Below the pieces are notes generated by a model that was given only the letters and a program-made list of their open reading frames with translations, did no database searches and had not been told where the DNA came from. A program made the translations under genes and the position numbers. A DNA stretch of 64,000 bases from Candidatus Omnitrophota bacterium (lineage in GTDB: Bacteria; Omnitrophota; Gorgyraeia; Gygaellales; Profunditerraquicolaceae): contig JAPLLW010000007.1 of the NCBI GenBank assembly GCA_026387355.1, forward strand, positions 170,198 to 234,197, given 5' to 3'. Of this stretch, positions 1 through 10,365 are shown piece after piece (position 1 is the stretch's first letter; each line of letters starts with the position of its first letter).

Positions 1-26
1 TACGGCGGCAATCTTAGCGTACATAT

Positions 27-1076
27 TTATTTTATCGATTCATGATCTAGAATATATTTCTTAATTGCAAAAGCTGCTGCCTTATGCCCGCATTCATCTA
101 AATGTTCTCTGCTACATCTTCCTTGCAAAGATCTAAAATTTCCACCAGATTCCTCCTTAAAAATAGGGTATAAATCCAAGCAGTAAAAATTATTATTTTT
201 TGCTTCTAACTGTACTTTTTCGTGTATTTTTATTCTTGAATAATTATTCCAGTCTTCAAATAAAGGAAATATAACTACGAGTGTTTTGAATTTGTATTTA
301 TCTGATAAACTCCTTAGTTCTTTAAACCCAACATAAGTCCTATCTCTACCTATTTTTTCTCCGAAACGCCTAATAATTTTATCCTTCAATAGTTTAAGTC
401 TATAATACACTACTCTTGTCAAAGAGCTTTTGAGATAAATATTTTTAGCATAATTCCATATCCACTTCTCATTTTTTCGAAAAGCACCGAGTTCGGCAGA
501 AGCATCAAGACTATCATTTAAACAGTATGCAATAATTACAATATCCGGTTGCATAATTAACCCTTTTTCTTTCAAAAACTCGACTTCCTGAATAGTATCA
601 TATCCACTAACGGAAAGATTAATCACTTCGACACTCTTGAAGTTACTGAAGCTAACTTGATTAAGTTCCCTTTCAAGTACTTTTGCGAATGTGTCTTCCA
701 CTCGTAGGATTTCCTTATCCGTACAAAGGCCAAAACCAATAGAATCTCCCAAAACGAGAATTCGGAAAACATCATTAGGCTTGTCAATGGAATAGAACCG
801 GTCTCTTATTCCATACTTATTGATATCGCCGCAATTGGGCTTTGGGACATATTTTAAACGGGGATTATCGCTTGATATAAAAATTCCGTACGGCTTGTTA
901 ATTTCAATACTCGTGACTTCAGGCGCTAAACGGAAGATCCTTACAAATACATCAAGCAGAACAAAAGATGCAATCAGACTAATAATTAAAATAACAATAT
1001 TTAGCCTCACATTTACTTTCTTTTTTAGATTTCCACTTACGTACGGTTTACTCATTACCAATTCCCCTATCCTCAA
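27..1076 (-). CDS. SGNH/GDSL-family hydrolase with N-terminal membrane anchor
   Basis: 349-aa ORF with an N-terminal hydrophobic helix, then 'ILVLGDSIGFG' (GDS block I) and later SGNH-like blocks. Sits at the edge of the glycan cluster, where an O-acyl/deacylase role is plausible. Confidence 0.55.
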   Translation of the reverse strand: MRIGELVMSKPYVSGNLKKKVNVRLNIVILIISLIASFVLLDVFVRIFRLAPEVTSIEINKPYGIFISSDNPRLKYVPKPNCGDINKYGIRDRFYSIDKPNDVFRILVLGDSIGFGLCTDKEILRVEDTFAKVLERELNQVSFSNFKSVEVINLSVSGYDTIQEVEFLKEKGLIMQPDIVIIAYCLNDSLDASAELGAFRKNEKWIWNYAKNIYLKSSLTRVVYYRLKLLKDKIIRRFGEKIGRDRTYVGFKELRSLSDKYKFKTLVVIFPLFEDWNNYSRIKIHEKVQLEAKNNNFYCLDLYPIFKEESGGNFRSLQGRCSREHLDECGHKAAAFAIKKYILDHESIK

Positions 1077-1153
1077 TAACCATTATTTTATTTAATTGAA
1101 CTTGATCAAATGAATATTTTTGTTAACAAATGAAACGGGCATCTGTCCAATCG

Positions 1154-2812
1154 TTATTTTACTCGGCCATCGATTGAACCTTCTACTTCAATGCCAATTA
1201 TGGGAATACTTAATTTCAAATTTGGTAATAATTTATCTGTGTATTTTGTATTGTGATAAATAACTACTTCTTTATCCAAAACATTATAGTTAGAAAATAG
1301 CGTCACATGCGCTATCTTCTTAAACTGCGGGTAATGTAGGATTTTTTGAAATCGTTGCATGGACTTAAGATCTAACCAAAAATCAGGCTGGTTTACGATA
1401 TATGAAACATTATATTTATCAACAACATCTAAAATCTTAAGTTCTGTCAGCCCATAATCTTCAATACCTAATTCTCTGTGTGCAGCATATTTAAAAAGAA
1501 TTTTTTCCAATCGCAATACCGATAGGTCCCTTCGTTCTTCATGACAACGTAGATTAAAAATAAATGATCCGCTACGAGAACCTGAAAAAAGAATTACGCT
1601 ATTCTTTGGTGCCTTAGCAGCAATAAAATCGCTGATTTGACGATATCCTTCAACAAACGGCACGCGGTCATAAAAAATTGTATAAATAAAGGCTGTTAAG
1701 GCAAACAAGGATGCCAATAAAGATGCGGCCCTTCTCGGAAGAGATATGCTGAACAACATAACAGTAATTAATGCTAAAGGAAATAAAATAAATATATCAT
1801 ACCTGGAGTCTTTTAGAGATAAAAAAGAGGAAAATACATAGCCCCAAATAAACCAAATTAACAATACTTCCAAAATAAAAATATTTGGCCATCTCTTTTT
1901 TTTAAAAATATTAATAATTAAAAATAAAGCTGTTGATAAAAACACTGGCCATCCGACTTGATGCGGAAGCAAACGCGCATAAAATAGCCAACTTTTTAAA
2001 GAGAAACGAGGCATCTGTTTTTCAAATAATATACCAATACTTTGCCCTAAATTAAAAATACCAAATTTAAACGTAACAAAAACCAGGGGTGCGATTATTA
2101 TGGTAAATAACAATATGGAAATGAAAAAATGGTAGTTTTTAAATAGGGCGAGTCTTTCTCTTCTCAATAATACCCAGAGCATTACAGGTATAATAAAAAC
2201 AATAGTTTGTTTAGTATAAAGACCCATAGTAAAAACTACCATTGATATATATATAAAACAGATTTTATTGGTTTTTAAGTAATAAAATAAAAAGTATATA
2301 CTCCAAAGTAAAAAGGCATAGACTGGAATTTCCAACATAACTTGACGGCCCCAAAATGCTACTTCATGAAAAGAAATGAACCATAAACTTACAGCAAAAG
2401 CCTGCCAAGCAGGGAGCCAAAGTCTTGCCAAAAAAAATGCAGCCCAAGCAGTTAGTAAATAAAAAATCGCAACTGTCAATAGTGCCGCAAAATTAGATAT
2501 TCCCAAAAATGTAAAAACTATTGCTTCGGTCAAAGCAAATAACGGAGGATAAAATACAATCGAAAGACATGGGTATCTAAGATAATAGTTTATCGCGTAG
2601 CCTCTAATATTACCAAAAGGAAAATCTTTAAAAAAATCTCTCCAAAAGACACCATCCATAGCATGCCGGCTCGCATCGGTCCACCAAAAACCTCCTTCCT
2701 TGGGAGCCGACTGAAAAAGAATAAGTACAGCGACAAACAAAAAGAAAAGTGGTAAAGAATTTAAAAAAATATTTTTGTTTATAAATTTTATAAAAAAATT
2801 ATCTTTTACCAT
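1154..2812 (-). CDS. GT-C fold integral-membrane glycosyltransferase (ArnT/PMT-like, GT39/GT83-type)
   Basis: 552 aa with more than 10 predicted TM helices in the N-terminal two-thirds and a soluble C-terminal domain. This architecture is typical of polyprenyl-phosphate-sugar dependent GT-C transferases. Confidence 0.55.
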   Translation of the reverse strand: MVKDNFFIKFINKNIFLNSLPLFFLFVAVLILFQSAPKEGGFWWTDASRHAMDGVFWRDFFKDFPFGNIRGYAINYYLRYPCLSIVFYPPLFALTEAIVFTFLGISNFAALLTVAIFYLLTAWAAFFLARLWLPAWQAFAVSLWFISFHEVAFWGRQVMLEIPVYAFLLWSIYFLFYYLKTNKICFIYISMVVFTMGLYTKQTIVFIIPVMLWVLLRRERLALFKNYHFFISILLFTIIIAPLVFVTFKFGIFNLGQSIGILFEKQMPRFSLKSWLFYARLLPHQVGWPVFLSTALFLIINIFKKKRWPNIFILEVLLIWFIWGYVFSSFLSLKDSRYDIFILFPLALITVMLFSISLPRRAASLLASLFALTAFIYTIFYDRVPFVEGYRQISDFIAAKAPKNSVILFSGSRSGSFIFNLRCHEERRDLSVLRLEKILFKYAAHRELGIEDYGLTELKILDVVDKYNVSYIVNQPDFWLDLKSMQRFQKILHYPQFKKIAHVTLFSNYNVLDKEVVIYHNTKYTDKLLPNLKLSIPIIGIEVEGSIDGRVK

Positions 2813-2858
2813 AAAGGATTCCCTGAAAACCAGAACCGTTTGTAATTATAAATTAATT

Positions 2859-3740
2859 TTACGCTCCAAAATAAATTACGGCAATGCAAACAAGAAACCA
2901 GATTGCCAGATTCAACTGCATCACCTTATCAGCAATCAAAATGCGTGTCGGATCGCCTTCTTTTTTAAGCTTATGAATTAGATAAAGATAACGAAAAATA
3001 CCATAATAAACAAAGGGGATACTATACATAAGATGGGAGGTTCCAAATCTCGCTATTGTTGCAGGATCTACTGTATAAAGCATATAACACACCACTATCG
3101 ATGAGGTAATTACAAAAACCATCTGGTCTATAAAATAACTATTGTACTGCATAAGTGTATGGCGATGGTAAGTTGCCTTTTTTCCCAGCATACTTAACTC
3201 CTGCCGCCTTTTGTTAAAACCTAAAAATAGTGCCAATAATACCGTCGTGAAAATGATCCAATGCGACATTTGAACATTTGCCACGATACTACCCGCTATA
3301 ATGCGTAACAAGAAAAATACGCCTATACAAAAGACGTCTATTATAACCACATCTTTTAGTAACTTTGAGTATAAAACATTGAGGGCAAGATATGTTATAA
3401 TGATCATTCCAAAATATATGTTCAGTTGAAAAGAAAATGCTATGGACATGGCTCCCAAGATGGCTGCAACTGCCCATGCCTCCCGCGTCATTAATTTCCC
3501 GGATGCAATGGGTCTAAGACGTTTTGTAGGGTGAAACTTGTCTTTTTCAATATCGATGATATCGTTTATTAGATAGACAACGCTCGACGTGATTGAAAAC
3601 AGAAAAAAAGCAATTATTGTTTTTAAATTGGTTGGGTAGACAAAAAGTTTTTTCCCAAAGATTAATGGAAGGAAAATAAAGAAGTTCTTGATCCATTGTT
3701 TTGGTCTCAATGCAAAAAATAGATATTTTATCTTCTTCAT
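2859..3740 (-). CDS. UbiA-family polyprenyl-phosphate phosphoribosyltransferase-like (DPPR-synthase-like)
   Basis: N-terminal 'LRPKQWIKNFFIFLPLIFG' and the UbiA motif 'NDIIDIEKDKFHPTKRLRPIASG' (NDxxDxxxD). Has 8-9 TM helices and is adjacent to a GT-C transferase. Confidence 0.6.
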   Translation of the reverse strand: MKKIKYLFFALRPKQWIKNFFIFLPLIFGKKLFVYPTNLKTIIAFFLFSITSSVVYLINDIIDIEKDKFHPTKRLRPIASGKLMTREAWAVAAILGAMSIAFSFQLNIYFGMIIITYLALNVLYSKLLKDVVIIDVFCIGVFFLLRIIAGSIVANVQMSHWIIFTTVLLALFLGFNKRRQELSMLGKKATYHRHTLMQYNSYFIDQMVFVITSSIVVCYMLYTVDPATIARFGTSHLMYSIPFVYYGIFRYLYLIHKLKKEGDPTRILIADKVMQLNLAIWFLVCIAVIYFGA

Positions 3741-3994
3741 TTTGGTTTAGTAATTATACCTGATTTTAGCACCTTTGTCTTTACATCATACAATAATAGT
3801 ATATCTTTCATTTTATCTGGCTGTTAATTGTAATAATTCCTCATACGACCATCCTAACGTCCGAAGGGACGCAGCTTTATTCATAACTTATAAAATTCAG
3901 GGATTGAATAATTTTTTAATCCTTTAACTTATTTACTTGACCACACGTTTGTGTATTTGTAAACTACGGTTTATCAGTTCCAATAAAATAGTCG

Positions 3995-5038
3995 CTACCC
4001 CTTGGTCTTTTTGATTACACCATGTTCTTCTAGCGCTTTTTCAAAAAGATAATTATCATGATCTTTGAATGGGCAACCGCAGAATTCAAAAGGGCATTTA
4101 ATTAACTCATTTCTGAAGCTAATCTCACCATATATATTCCCCATCGCTTCTTTTATCAAAAAACATGGTTGAATATCCCCATACAAGTCAACTACACCTA
4201 CGTTATACCCCACATTACAAAATTTTCCTTTTTGATAAAAATGCCTTATATCTGAATCTGATGTTTTGTTTAAGCCGAAAATCTCAATTTCTTTTTCAGT
4301 ATAGGCTTGAGGATACTGTTTCCCTTGATATTCTCCGCAAAAAGGTCCAAAGGTTAGCTCAATCCCTGCTTCTTTAAAAAATCTTTTGTATTTATCCACC
4401 TCTCCTAAAAGTGGTGGAAATGCTACTTCTCTAGAAAAAATATTAAACCCACATTCTTTGCATATTAGAAAATTACATATATATCTATCCATTAAATTAA
4501 GCCTTTCCAATTCCTTAATATGCGTAGAGGCATTAAAATGAACTACTCTTAACGGATCTATCTTCTCACAAAATTCCTTAATTTTATTTGAAGTTAAGTT
4601 AGTATTAAGAGCAATAAAGTGTTTTTTAGTTATTTCCTGACATGCTTCTATAAAATTTGAGATTAGAAAAGGTTCTCCTCCAGTAAATCCAATTCTGAAA
4701 ATCTTTTTTGTTTTATCAAGAGTTCTTATTAAGGATGGGATGTTTATCTCGTCTGCTGTTACCCCAAAAATTATCCGTTTAAGTTTGCGCTTAAGTATTG
4801 CGAATAACCCAAAAGTACCAGCTTCTCTAATTATTCTTAGTAATTTCTCTAAAATTGGCTTTTCTTGAATTTGAGTTTTTTGTTGATATACTTTACCGCA
4901 ACAAAAAATACAACTTAAATTACATCTCGTTGTAACATTCCAATGCAGCCAAGCATCATATTTTTGATTACCTCTATTTGTGTTATTCCAGGCCGATGCC
5001 ATATCGTAATTTGGTTTTTCATCAACCATTATCTTCAA
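3995..5038 (-). CDS. radical SAM protein (possible SPASM/twitch C-terminal Cys cluster)
   Basis: 'CNLSCIFCCG' CxxxCxxC motif near the N-terminus, 'GGEPFL' glycine-rich SAM motif, and C-terminal 'CPFEFCGCPF'. Confidence 0.7.
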   Translation of the reverse strand: MKIMVDEKPNYDMASAWNNTNRGNQKYDAWLHWNVTTRCNLSCIFCCGKVYQQKTQIQEKPILEKLLRIIREAGTFGLFAILKRKLKRIIFGVTADEINIPSLIRTLDKTKKIFRIGFTGGEPFLISNFIEACQEITKKHFIALNTNLTSNKIKEFCEKIDPLRVVHFNASTHIKELERLNLMDRYICNFLICKECGFNIFSREVAFPPLLGEVDKYKRFFKEAGIELTFGPFCGEYQGKQYPQAYTEKEIEIFGLNKTSDSDIRHFYQKGKFCNVGYNVGVVDLYGDIQPCFLIKEAMGNIYGEISFRNELIKCPFEFCGCPFKDHDNYLFEKALEEHGVIKKTKG

Positions 5039-5216
5039 CTCCCTTCGATATTTCTGTTCAAAATATTTTTTTAATATAACTACTATAAATCTTATTGACT
5101 TTCGATTTTCTCTTCACATATTTCATGCTTTTTATTTTACTGAATGTTAGTTCTTGTCATACAACTTCCTCAAAAAATGTTGAATCCGGATGTTACCTAA
5201 GATGGGCATGATTATA

Positions 5217-5870
5217 TTAATTCTCGTATATCTCATTAGCTATTCTTTCCTTAAAATTCTTCGTTAAAAACGATAGCTTATCTAAACGAGTTTCCCATTT
5301 TCCTTGGAAAGTTACAAGAAACGAAATAAAAATAAGATAGGCGTCCAACCATAAACTTTGATTCTTTATATACCAAATATCATACTTAAATTTTACTTTA
5401 CGCGGGGCATCCCTCGGAAGCAAAACTTGAGCCACTCCCGTTAAGCCTGGACTAACACTGCATCTTTCTTTAAAATCAGGGTAATCAAATACACTAACAA
5501 CCTTACTGCCGCCAACTTCTTTTTCTTCTAGGCGCAAGGCCCGAGGCCCTACAAAGCTCATCTCTCCTTTAAAAATATTTAATAATTGCGGTAGTTCATC
5601 AATCGCAGTAATTCTTATTAACCTTCCGATCCCTGTCACTCTAGGGTCATTTTCTGTCGCCTGAAAAGGGCCTGTATCGTTATCGGCATCTGGAACCATG
5701 GAACGGAATTGGTATCCTTTAAAAACCCTACCGTACTTTCCGACCCTTTCTTGACGATAAAAAACCGATTTTCTATCGTTTAAGTAAATTACTAGGCATA
5801 TAATAATCCCTAGTGGTAAACCAAAGATGATTCCTACTACCGATAAAACAAGATCTAATAGTCTCTTCAT
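5217..5870 (-). CDS. undecaprenyl-phosphate sugar phosphotransferase (small PglC/WbaP-C-terminal type initiating transferase)
   Basis: One N-terminal TM helix, then 'FRSMVPDAD...DPRVTGIGRLIRITAIDELPQLLNIFKGEMSFVGPRA', the bacterial sugar transferase signature. Confidence 0.8.
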   Translation of the reverse strand: MKRLLDLVLSVVGIIFGLPLGIIICLVIYLNDRKSVFYRQERVGKYGRVFKGYQFRSMVPDADNDTGPFQATENDPRVTGIGRLIRITAIDELPQLLNIFKGEMSFVGPRALRLEEKEVGGSKVVSVFDYPDFKERCSVSPGLTGVAQVLLPRDAPRKVKFKYDIWYIKNQSLWLDAYLIFISFLVTFQGKWETRLDKLSFLTKNFKERIANEIYEN

Positions 5871-6652
5871 TTTCTGTAAAAAAACTGTAGCGCCTTACTC
5901 ATATTTTTCAAAAAAACAGCCCTTAATGGATTTTTTATTCCGCTTAATTTGCATATTTTAAAATCTTCAATATTCTTTATTATTAAGTTCGCCAGGTTTT
6001 TATTACTATTACCGCCAAAACGCATTTTTACCAATACTTCCGGTATATAACAAGATTTTATCTTATGTTTATATAAAGTCCTTAAAATAAATTCGTAGTC
6101 AGCTGCAATCCTTAAATCTTCCCTGAACAAACCATATTGATCATAAACTGTTCTTTTCACGAAAAATGTGGGGTGGGGTGGCATCCATCCATCTTCAAAA
6201 GCAGACATCCGCAGCTCAGATGATTTCCAATATCTAATTATCCAATTGAGATTATGCTCGTTAACATAGACTAGGTCCCCCCAACAAGCTTCATAATTAC
6301 TTGTACCTAGCCTTTGGACGACTTTTGCAATCACATTATTCTCGGCATATACGTCATCTGCATTTAGTATTCCAATAATTTCTCCTCTACACTCAATAAT
6401 ACCTCTGTTAAAAGCACCAAAAATCCCTTTTTTTAACTCAACTACGACTTTTCTCCCCCCAGCACATCTGATTATGTCAAGCGTTCCGTCAGTTGATCCT
6501 CCATCAACTAGAATATGTTCAATATTCTTATAAGTCTGCGAGCGAATACTATCAAGCGTGTCTCTGATTGTCTCCATGTTATTAAGGGTAGGGGTTACGA
6601 TCGAGACAAGTGGCATTTCAGATTTTTCGTTCATTTTCTTACTTAATTTCAT
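5867..6652 (-). CDS. glycosyltransferase family 2
   Basis: 'VSIVTPTLNN...ILVDGGSTDGT' GT-A N-terminal motifs. Start overlaps the downstream gene by 4 nt. Confidence 0.75.
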   Translation of the reverse strand: MKLSKKMNEKSEMPLVSIVTPTLNNMETIRDTLDSIRSQTYKNIEHILVDGGSTDGTLDIIRCAGGRKVVVELKKGIFGAFNRGIIECRGEIIGILNADDVYAENNVIAKVVQRLGTSNYEACWGDLVYVNEHNLNWIIRYWKSSELRMSAFEDGWMPPHPTFFVKRTVYDQYGLFREDLRIAADYEFILRTLYKHKIKSCYIPEVLVKMRFGGNSNKNLANLIIKNIEDFKICKLSGIKNPLRAVFLKNMSKALQFFYRK

Positions 6653-7236
6653 TAATAAACTATTTCGAGTTTTATTTTGTAAACGATAGCTTTACATTAA
6701 ACATATAAACTTGGAAAATACAGAATTCTGCCTTTTATGAATAGCAGAGTCTTACTCTGGATCTTTCTAGTAATATAATCAAGCAGACCTTCTTTTTTTA
6801 TCCGTAAGATACACTCCGTCAAGAAAACTGTTTTTTATTATTATCAATGATATCCAATGCTAAATATAATAAATATTACCGAAAAATTATAATGTGCTAA
6901 ACTTTCAACAAGTTTTTTAAAAGCTGACTTCGTGAAATCTTTTCGATAAAAATACGATTTTACTAGACGACTTTCGGTTTATGTAACATTTTACTGTAAA
7001 ATACAGATCGAATCGTACAACGCATATATATTATGGCTCACGTTCTTTTGAAATCTTACCAATAAAATTCACGGATAAATACTATAAACTAATATCTGTT
7101 GAAAGAACCCTTTTTGTGAAAATACCTTTCTTATGTGCTACCTAAATTTATTATAACCGATGCTAGCTGTCATTTACCAAATAAAGAAGCAAATGCATTC
7201 AAGAATGGTTGTTCAATAGCTCTTCTCATATATAAA

Positions 7237-8481
7237 TCATGGTAATGAATGCCTGATTGCATTTTCTTTACTAATATTAGAGGATATTATTTTAGCCTCT
7301 ATGCTCTTTGCTATATCCCTCCACGTATAATACTTCTCAACTAAAGACCTAGCCCTCTGCCCCATAGTCTTAGCCTTTTCAGGCTCAGCTAATAACGACA
7401 TAACTCTATCCGCAAAATAACCCGGATCATTAGCAATGTAAAGATGATCATCAGCAACCACATTAAGCCCCTCTACTCCAATATCAGTACTTACAATAGG
7501 TAACGCCATAGCCATAGCTTCTAAAGTTTTCAATTTTGTCCCTGCTCCAGATCGTAACGGTATAACAAAAATATCCGCCTGGGAATAGAATATCCTCAAA
7601 TCACTCGGATTTGAGAATATTCTTATGCGATCGCTTGCCTTTCTACAAATTAAACGAGTAGGATTACTTCCAGCAACCAAAAACTGTGTGTTACTAAACT
7701 CTTTTAATATTCTGGGAAAAATATCTTTTAAAAACCAAAGTATACCGTCTTCATTCGGTAACGCATCTAATCTCCCGGCAAAAACTAGTTTGGGAGATGT
7801 GTTTAAAGTTATTTTTGGTGCAGGTCTAAAGTAATCAACATCAACTCCATTAGGAACTACGATGACTCTTTCAGGAGCAGAGACATAATTCTCAGTGATT
7901 CTCTTTTCTTCATCAGAAACAGACATGATAGTATCAAAATACCTAAGGTACCTTTTCTCTAATTCAATATTTTTTCTTAACTCCCTGCTGAAATAAAATT
8001 TCTGGACAAGAGATTTACTATTAGTCAAAAAACTTTCCCACATAGATTTATTCAGACTATGTTGATCCAATAATAGCAACGGTCTACGTTTGTTAGGATA
8101 ACTATTAATAATTTTAATTTCATCAAATATACTAGCAAATAGATTGAGAAAATTAATCCAAATAATATCGAAATCATTTGTTCGCAAAAGATTGTTTATG
8201 GTTTTCCTAAATAATTCGTCTGTTACTTTTACCTCTAAATACGTTTTTGATGTACAAAATGCCTTTACTGCAGGTGTAAATTTTTTGAATTTATGTGGTA
8301 TGATTTCCTTGATCCACAGATCATCATGATTAGAATAAAATTCTGAGAATTTGGGATCCCCTAATGCAACAACCGTAATTTGATGATTTCTTGATAGTTC
8401 ATGAAGAAAAGCTGCGATACGACGCTTTTCGCCACTTAAAACGGGAAAGGGATATTCCGGCATTATCATTAAGATTTTCAT
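7237..8481 (-). CDS. glycosyltransferase family 4 (GT-B, retaining)
   Basis: C-terminal 'FVIPLRSGAGTKLKTLEAMAMALPIVSTDIGVEGL' (EX7E-type motif region) in a 414-aa GT-B-sized protein. Confidence 0.65.
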   Translation of the reverse strand: MKILMIMPEYPFPVLSGEKRRIAAFLHELSRNHQITVVALGDPKFSEFYSNHDDLWIKEIIPHKFKKFTPAVKAFCTSKTYLEVKVTDELFRKTINNLLRTNDFDIIWINFLNLFASIFDEIKIINSYPNKRRPLLLLDQHSLNKSMWESFLTNSKSLVQKFYFSRELRKNIELEKRYLRYFDTIMSVSDEEKRITENYVSAPERVIVVPNGVDVDYFRPAPKITLNTSPKLVFAGRLDALPNEDGILWFLKDIFPRILKEFSNTQFLVAGSNPTRLICRKASDRIRIFSNPSDLRIFYSQADIFVIPLRSGAGTKLKTLEAMAMALPIVSTDIGVEGLNVVADDHLYIANDPGYFADRVMSLLAEPEKAKTMGQRARSLVEKYYTWRDIAKSIEAKIISSNISKENAIRHSLP

Positions 8482-8559
8482 ATTAAAGAAAAAATTTGAA
8501 TAAACAATTCAACTCTATTTAACCATAAGAAGGTTATTAATAGTGAGAAATTTATCTAT

Positions 8560-9291
8560 CTACGAAGTATAATTTTTTACCCAAATCGCGTTACTTCCTA
8601 TCACTTCTTTTAGAATATAGCCATTATCTTTTAAGAGCCGATATTTATCATCATGCTTCTGCTTATTCCAAAGATACTCCTCAGTTAGAATAATTTTTGG
8701 TTGAAATAAAGTAAAATTCAAGCTAAGCAAAACTTCATAGTCCATTCCCTCCGCATCTATAAGCAAAATAGAAAAATCTTTCATGTATTTATTGTCTACA
8801 AGAATATTTGTTAAAGTATCTAATTGAACAACGATTGATTTATCCATCCTGTTTTCCTTAAACCAATCATTTTCATCTCGGCATAATGTACCAGTAGAAA
8901 TTGTCTTGCCCAAAAATAACTCCATACAGCCGGTTTTATTTGAACAGGCCTTATTTACGCAAATAACCCTTTTATTATGTTTATACCTTTGTAATAATAA
9001 CCTAAACAGATAGGGATTAGGTTCTATTACAATTGCGTTCCATCCAGATTTTATAAAATTATATGAGTTCGAGCCAACTATCCCATCACCAGCACCAACA
9101 TCAACAATAAATTTAGGAAATTCAGCGCTTACTAATTTATTTAAAAATGTAAATTCTCCCTTCTCAGATACATCAGACTTATTTGATAATAATCCCATCC
9201 TCAATTGATGAAAGATTGTGCGGGCAGTAGCATAAAAAGGGGCGCCCCTAATCATATCTTTAATTTTCTTAGGCTTTTTACTCTCTCCCAT
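8560..9291 (-). CDS. FkbM-family SAM-dependent methyltransferase
   Basis: 'FIVDVGAGDGIVGSNS' motif I and a length of 243 aa, typical of FkbM O-methyltransferases in glycan clusters. Confidence 0.6.
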   Translation of the reverse strand: MGESKKPKKIKDMIRGAPFYATARTIFHQLRMGLLSNKSDVSEKGEFTFLNKLVSAEFPKFIVDVGAGDGIVGSNSYNFIKSGWNAIVIEPNPYLFRLLLQRYKHNKRVICVNKACSNKTGCMELFLGKTISTGTLCRDENDWFKENRMDKSIVVQLDTLTNILVDNKYMKDFSILLIDAEGMDYEVLLSLNFTLFQPKIILTEEYLWNKQKHDDKYRLLKDNGYILKEVIGSNAIWVKNYTS

Positions 9292-9350
9292 TTAAATATC
9301 CCCCTAACCTTTAAAAAATTAGAATCAATATTACTTAGTATTTCGTCTCA

Positions 9351-10238
9351 CTAAAAACTGAGAAATATTTTACGATACGGCAGTAGCCAAAAAATAAACC
9401 AAAACGGCCCACCATATCTTTTAGCAAAAATCTTAAACCCTTCTATCGGCTTACCTCTCGTTAAACTTGGAACTAAGCTAACTCGCTCACGCAATGATAT
9501 CCTCTTATCTGCCCATGATTCAGTTGCGGGATTGGCAGAACACTTTCCCGCATACCATGGGGAAAGCCATGTAATATAACCTTTCTTTCTTGCGCGCAAG
9601 CCATAGTCCATATCGCCAAGCTTTTGAGGAAAAGCCTTATCAATATTCCCTACCTCCTTTGCAATGATATCAGGGATTAACACACAATTACCACTAATAG
9701 TATTGCAAATAACCGGTTCTTTCCTTGGCTCAATATTCTTAAAACTCAAAGGCAAAAATACCGATTTATTTTTCTTTCCGCTATAAGATAACTTACCTGA
9801 AAAGGGATCTTTACAAGCACCTACAATTAAACTATCTTTGTTTGTTTTATTTTTTACTAAAAAATACGTTTTTATTAAATTCGTCACAGCGTCTTGGTAA
9901 AGGATGACATCATCGTTTAGCCAGAGGTAAAAATCATAACCCTTTTCCATTGCCTTAGCAAAAACAAGCCGCATACCTCCACCCCAAAATAAATTTCCGG
10001 AACCAAATAGAATTATTACTTCAGGGTACTTTTCCTTAATAACATCTGAGGTTCCATCTGTGCTTCCATCATCGACAAGGTAAATTTGCAAATTAATATT
10101 TTGATCTCGTTTCTGATTATATAGACTCTCCAAACAAACAAGAGTCTTCTCTTTACGATTATGACAAGTAATCAAAACTGCAATTTTATAATATTCCATA
10201 GCACCAATCAATATATTAACACTATGATCTTTATTCAT
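9351..10238 (-). CDS. glycosyltransferase family 2
   Basis: 'IAVLITCHNRKEKTLVCLESLYNQ...YLVDDGSTDGT' GT-A motifs. Confidence 0.7.
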   Translation of the reverse strand: MNKDHSVNILIGAMEYYKIAVLITCHNRKEKTLVCLESLYNQKRDQNINLQIYLVDDGSTDGTSDVIKEKYPEVIILFGSGNLFWGGGMRLVFAKAMEKGYDFYLWLNDDVILYQDAVTNLIKTYFLVKNKTNKDSLIVGACKDPFSGKLSYSGKKNKSVFLPLSFKNIEPRKEPVICNTISGNCVLIPDIIAKEVGNIDKAFPQKLGDMDYGLRARKKGYITWLSPWYAGKCSANPATESWADKRISLRERVSLVPSLTRGKPIEGFKIFAKRYGGPFWFIFWLLPYRKIFLSF

Positions 10239-10365
10239 AAGTAGGATTTACTAACATAATTTTATACGAACAGTTCATCCCTGCTTACCGATAGTCAAAT
10301 TGACCATTTCTCTTTTTATTGGTCAGATCTTGATTATATGCCGTTACTTATTTAGTGCTCCACTA

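Noticed and set aside
3741-3994. small 'CGTCC-cttc-GGACG' hairpin downstream of the radical SAM gene as a terminator
   Set aside because: Short stem, no following U-run on the minus strand, and the downstream gene is probably co-transcribed.
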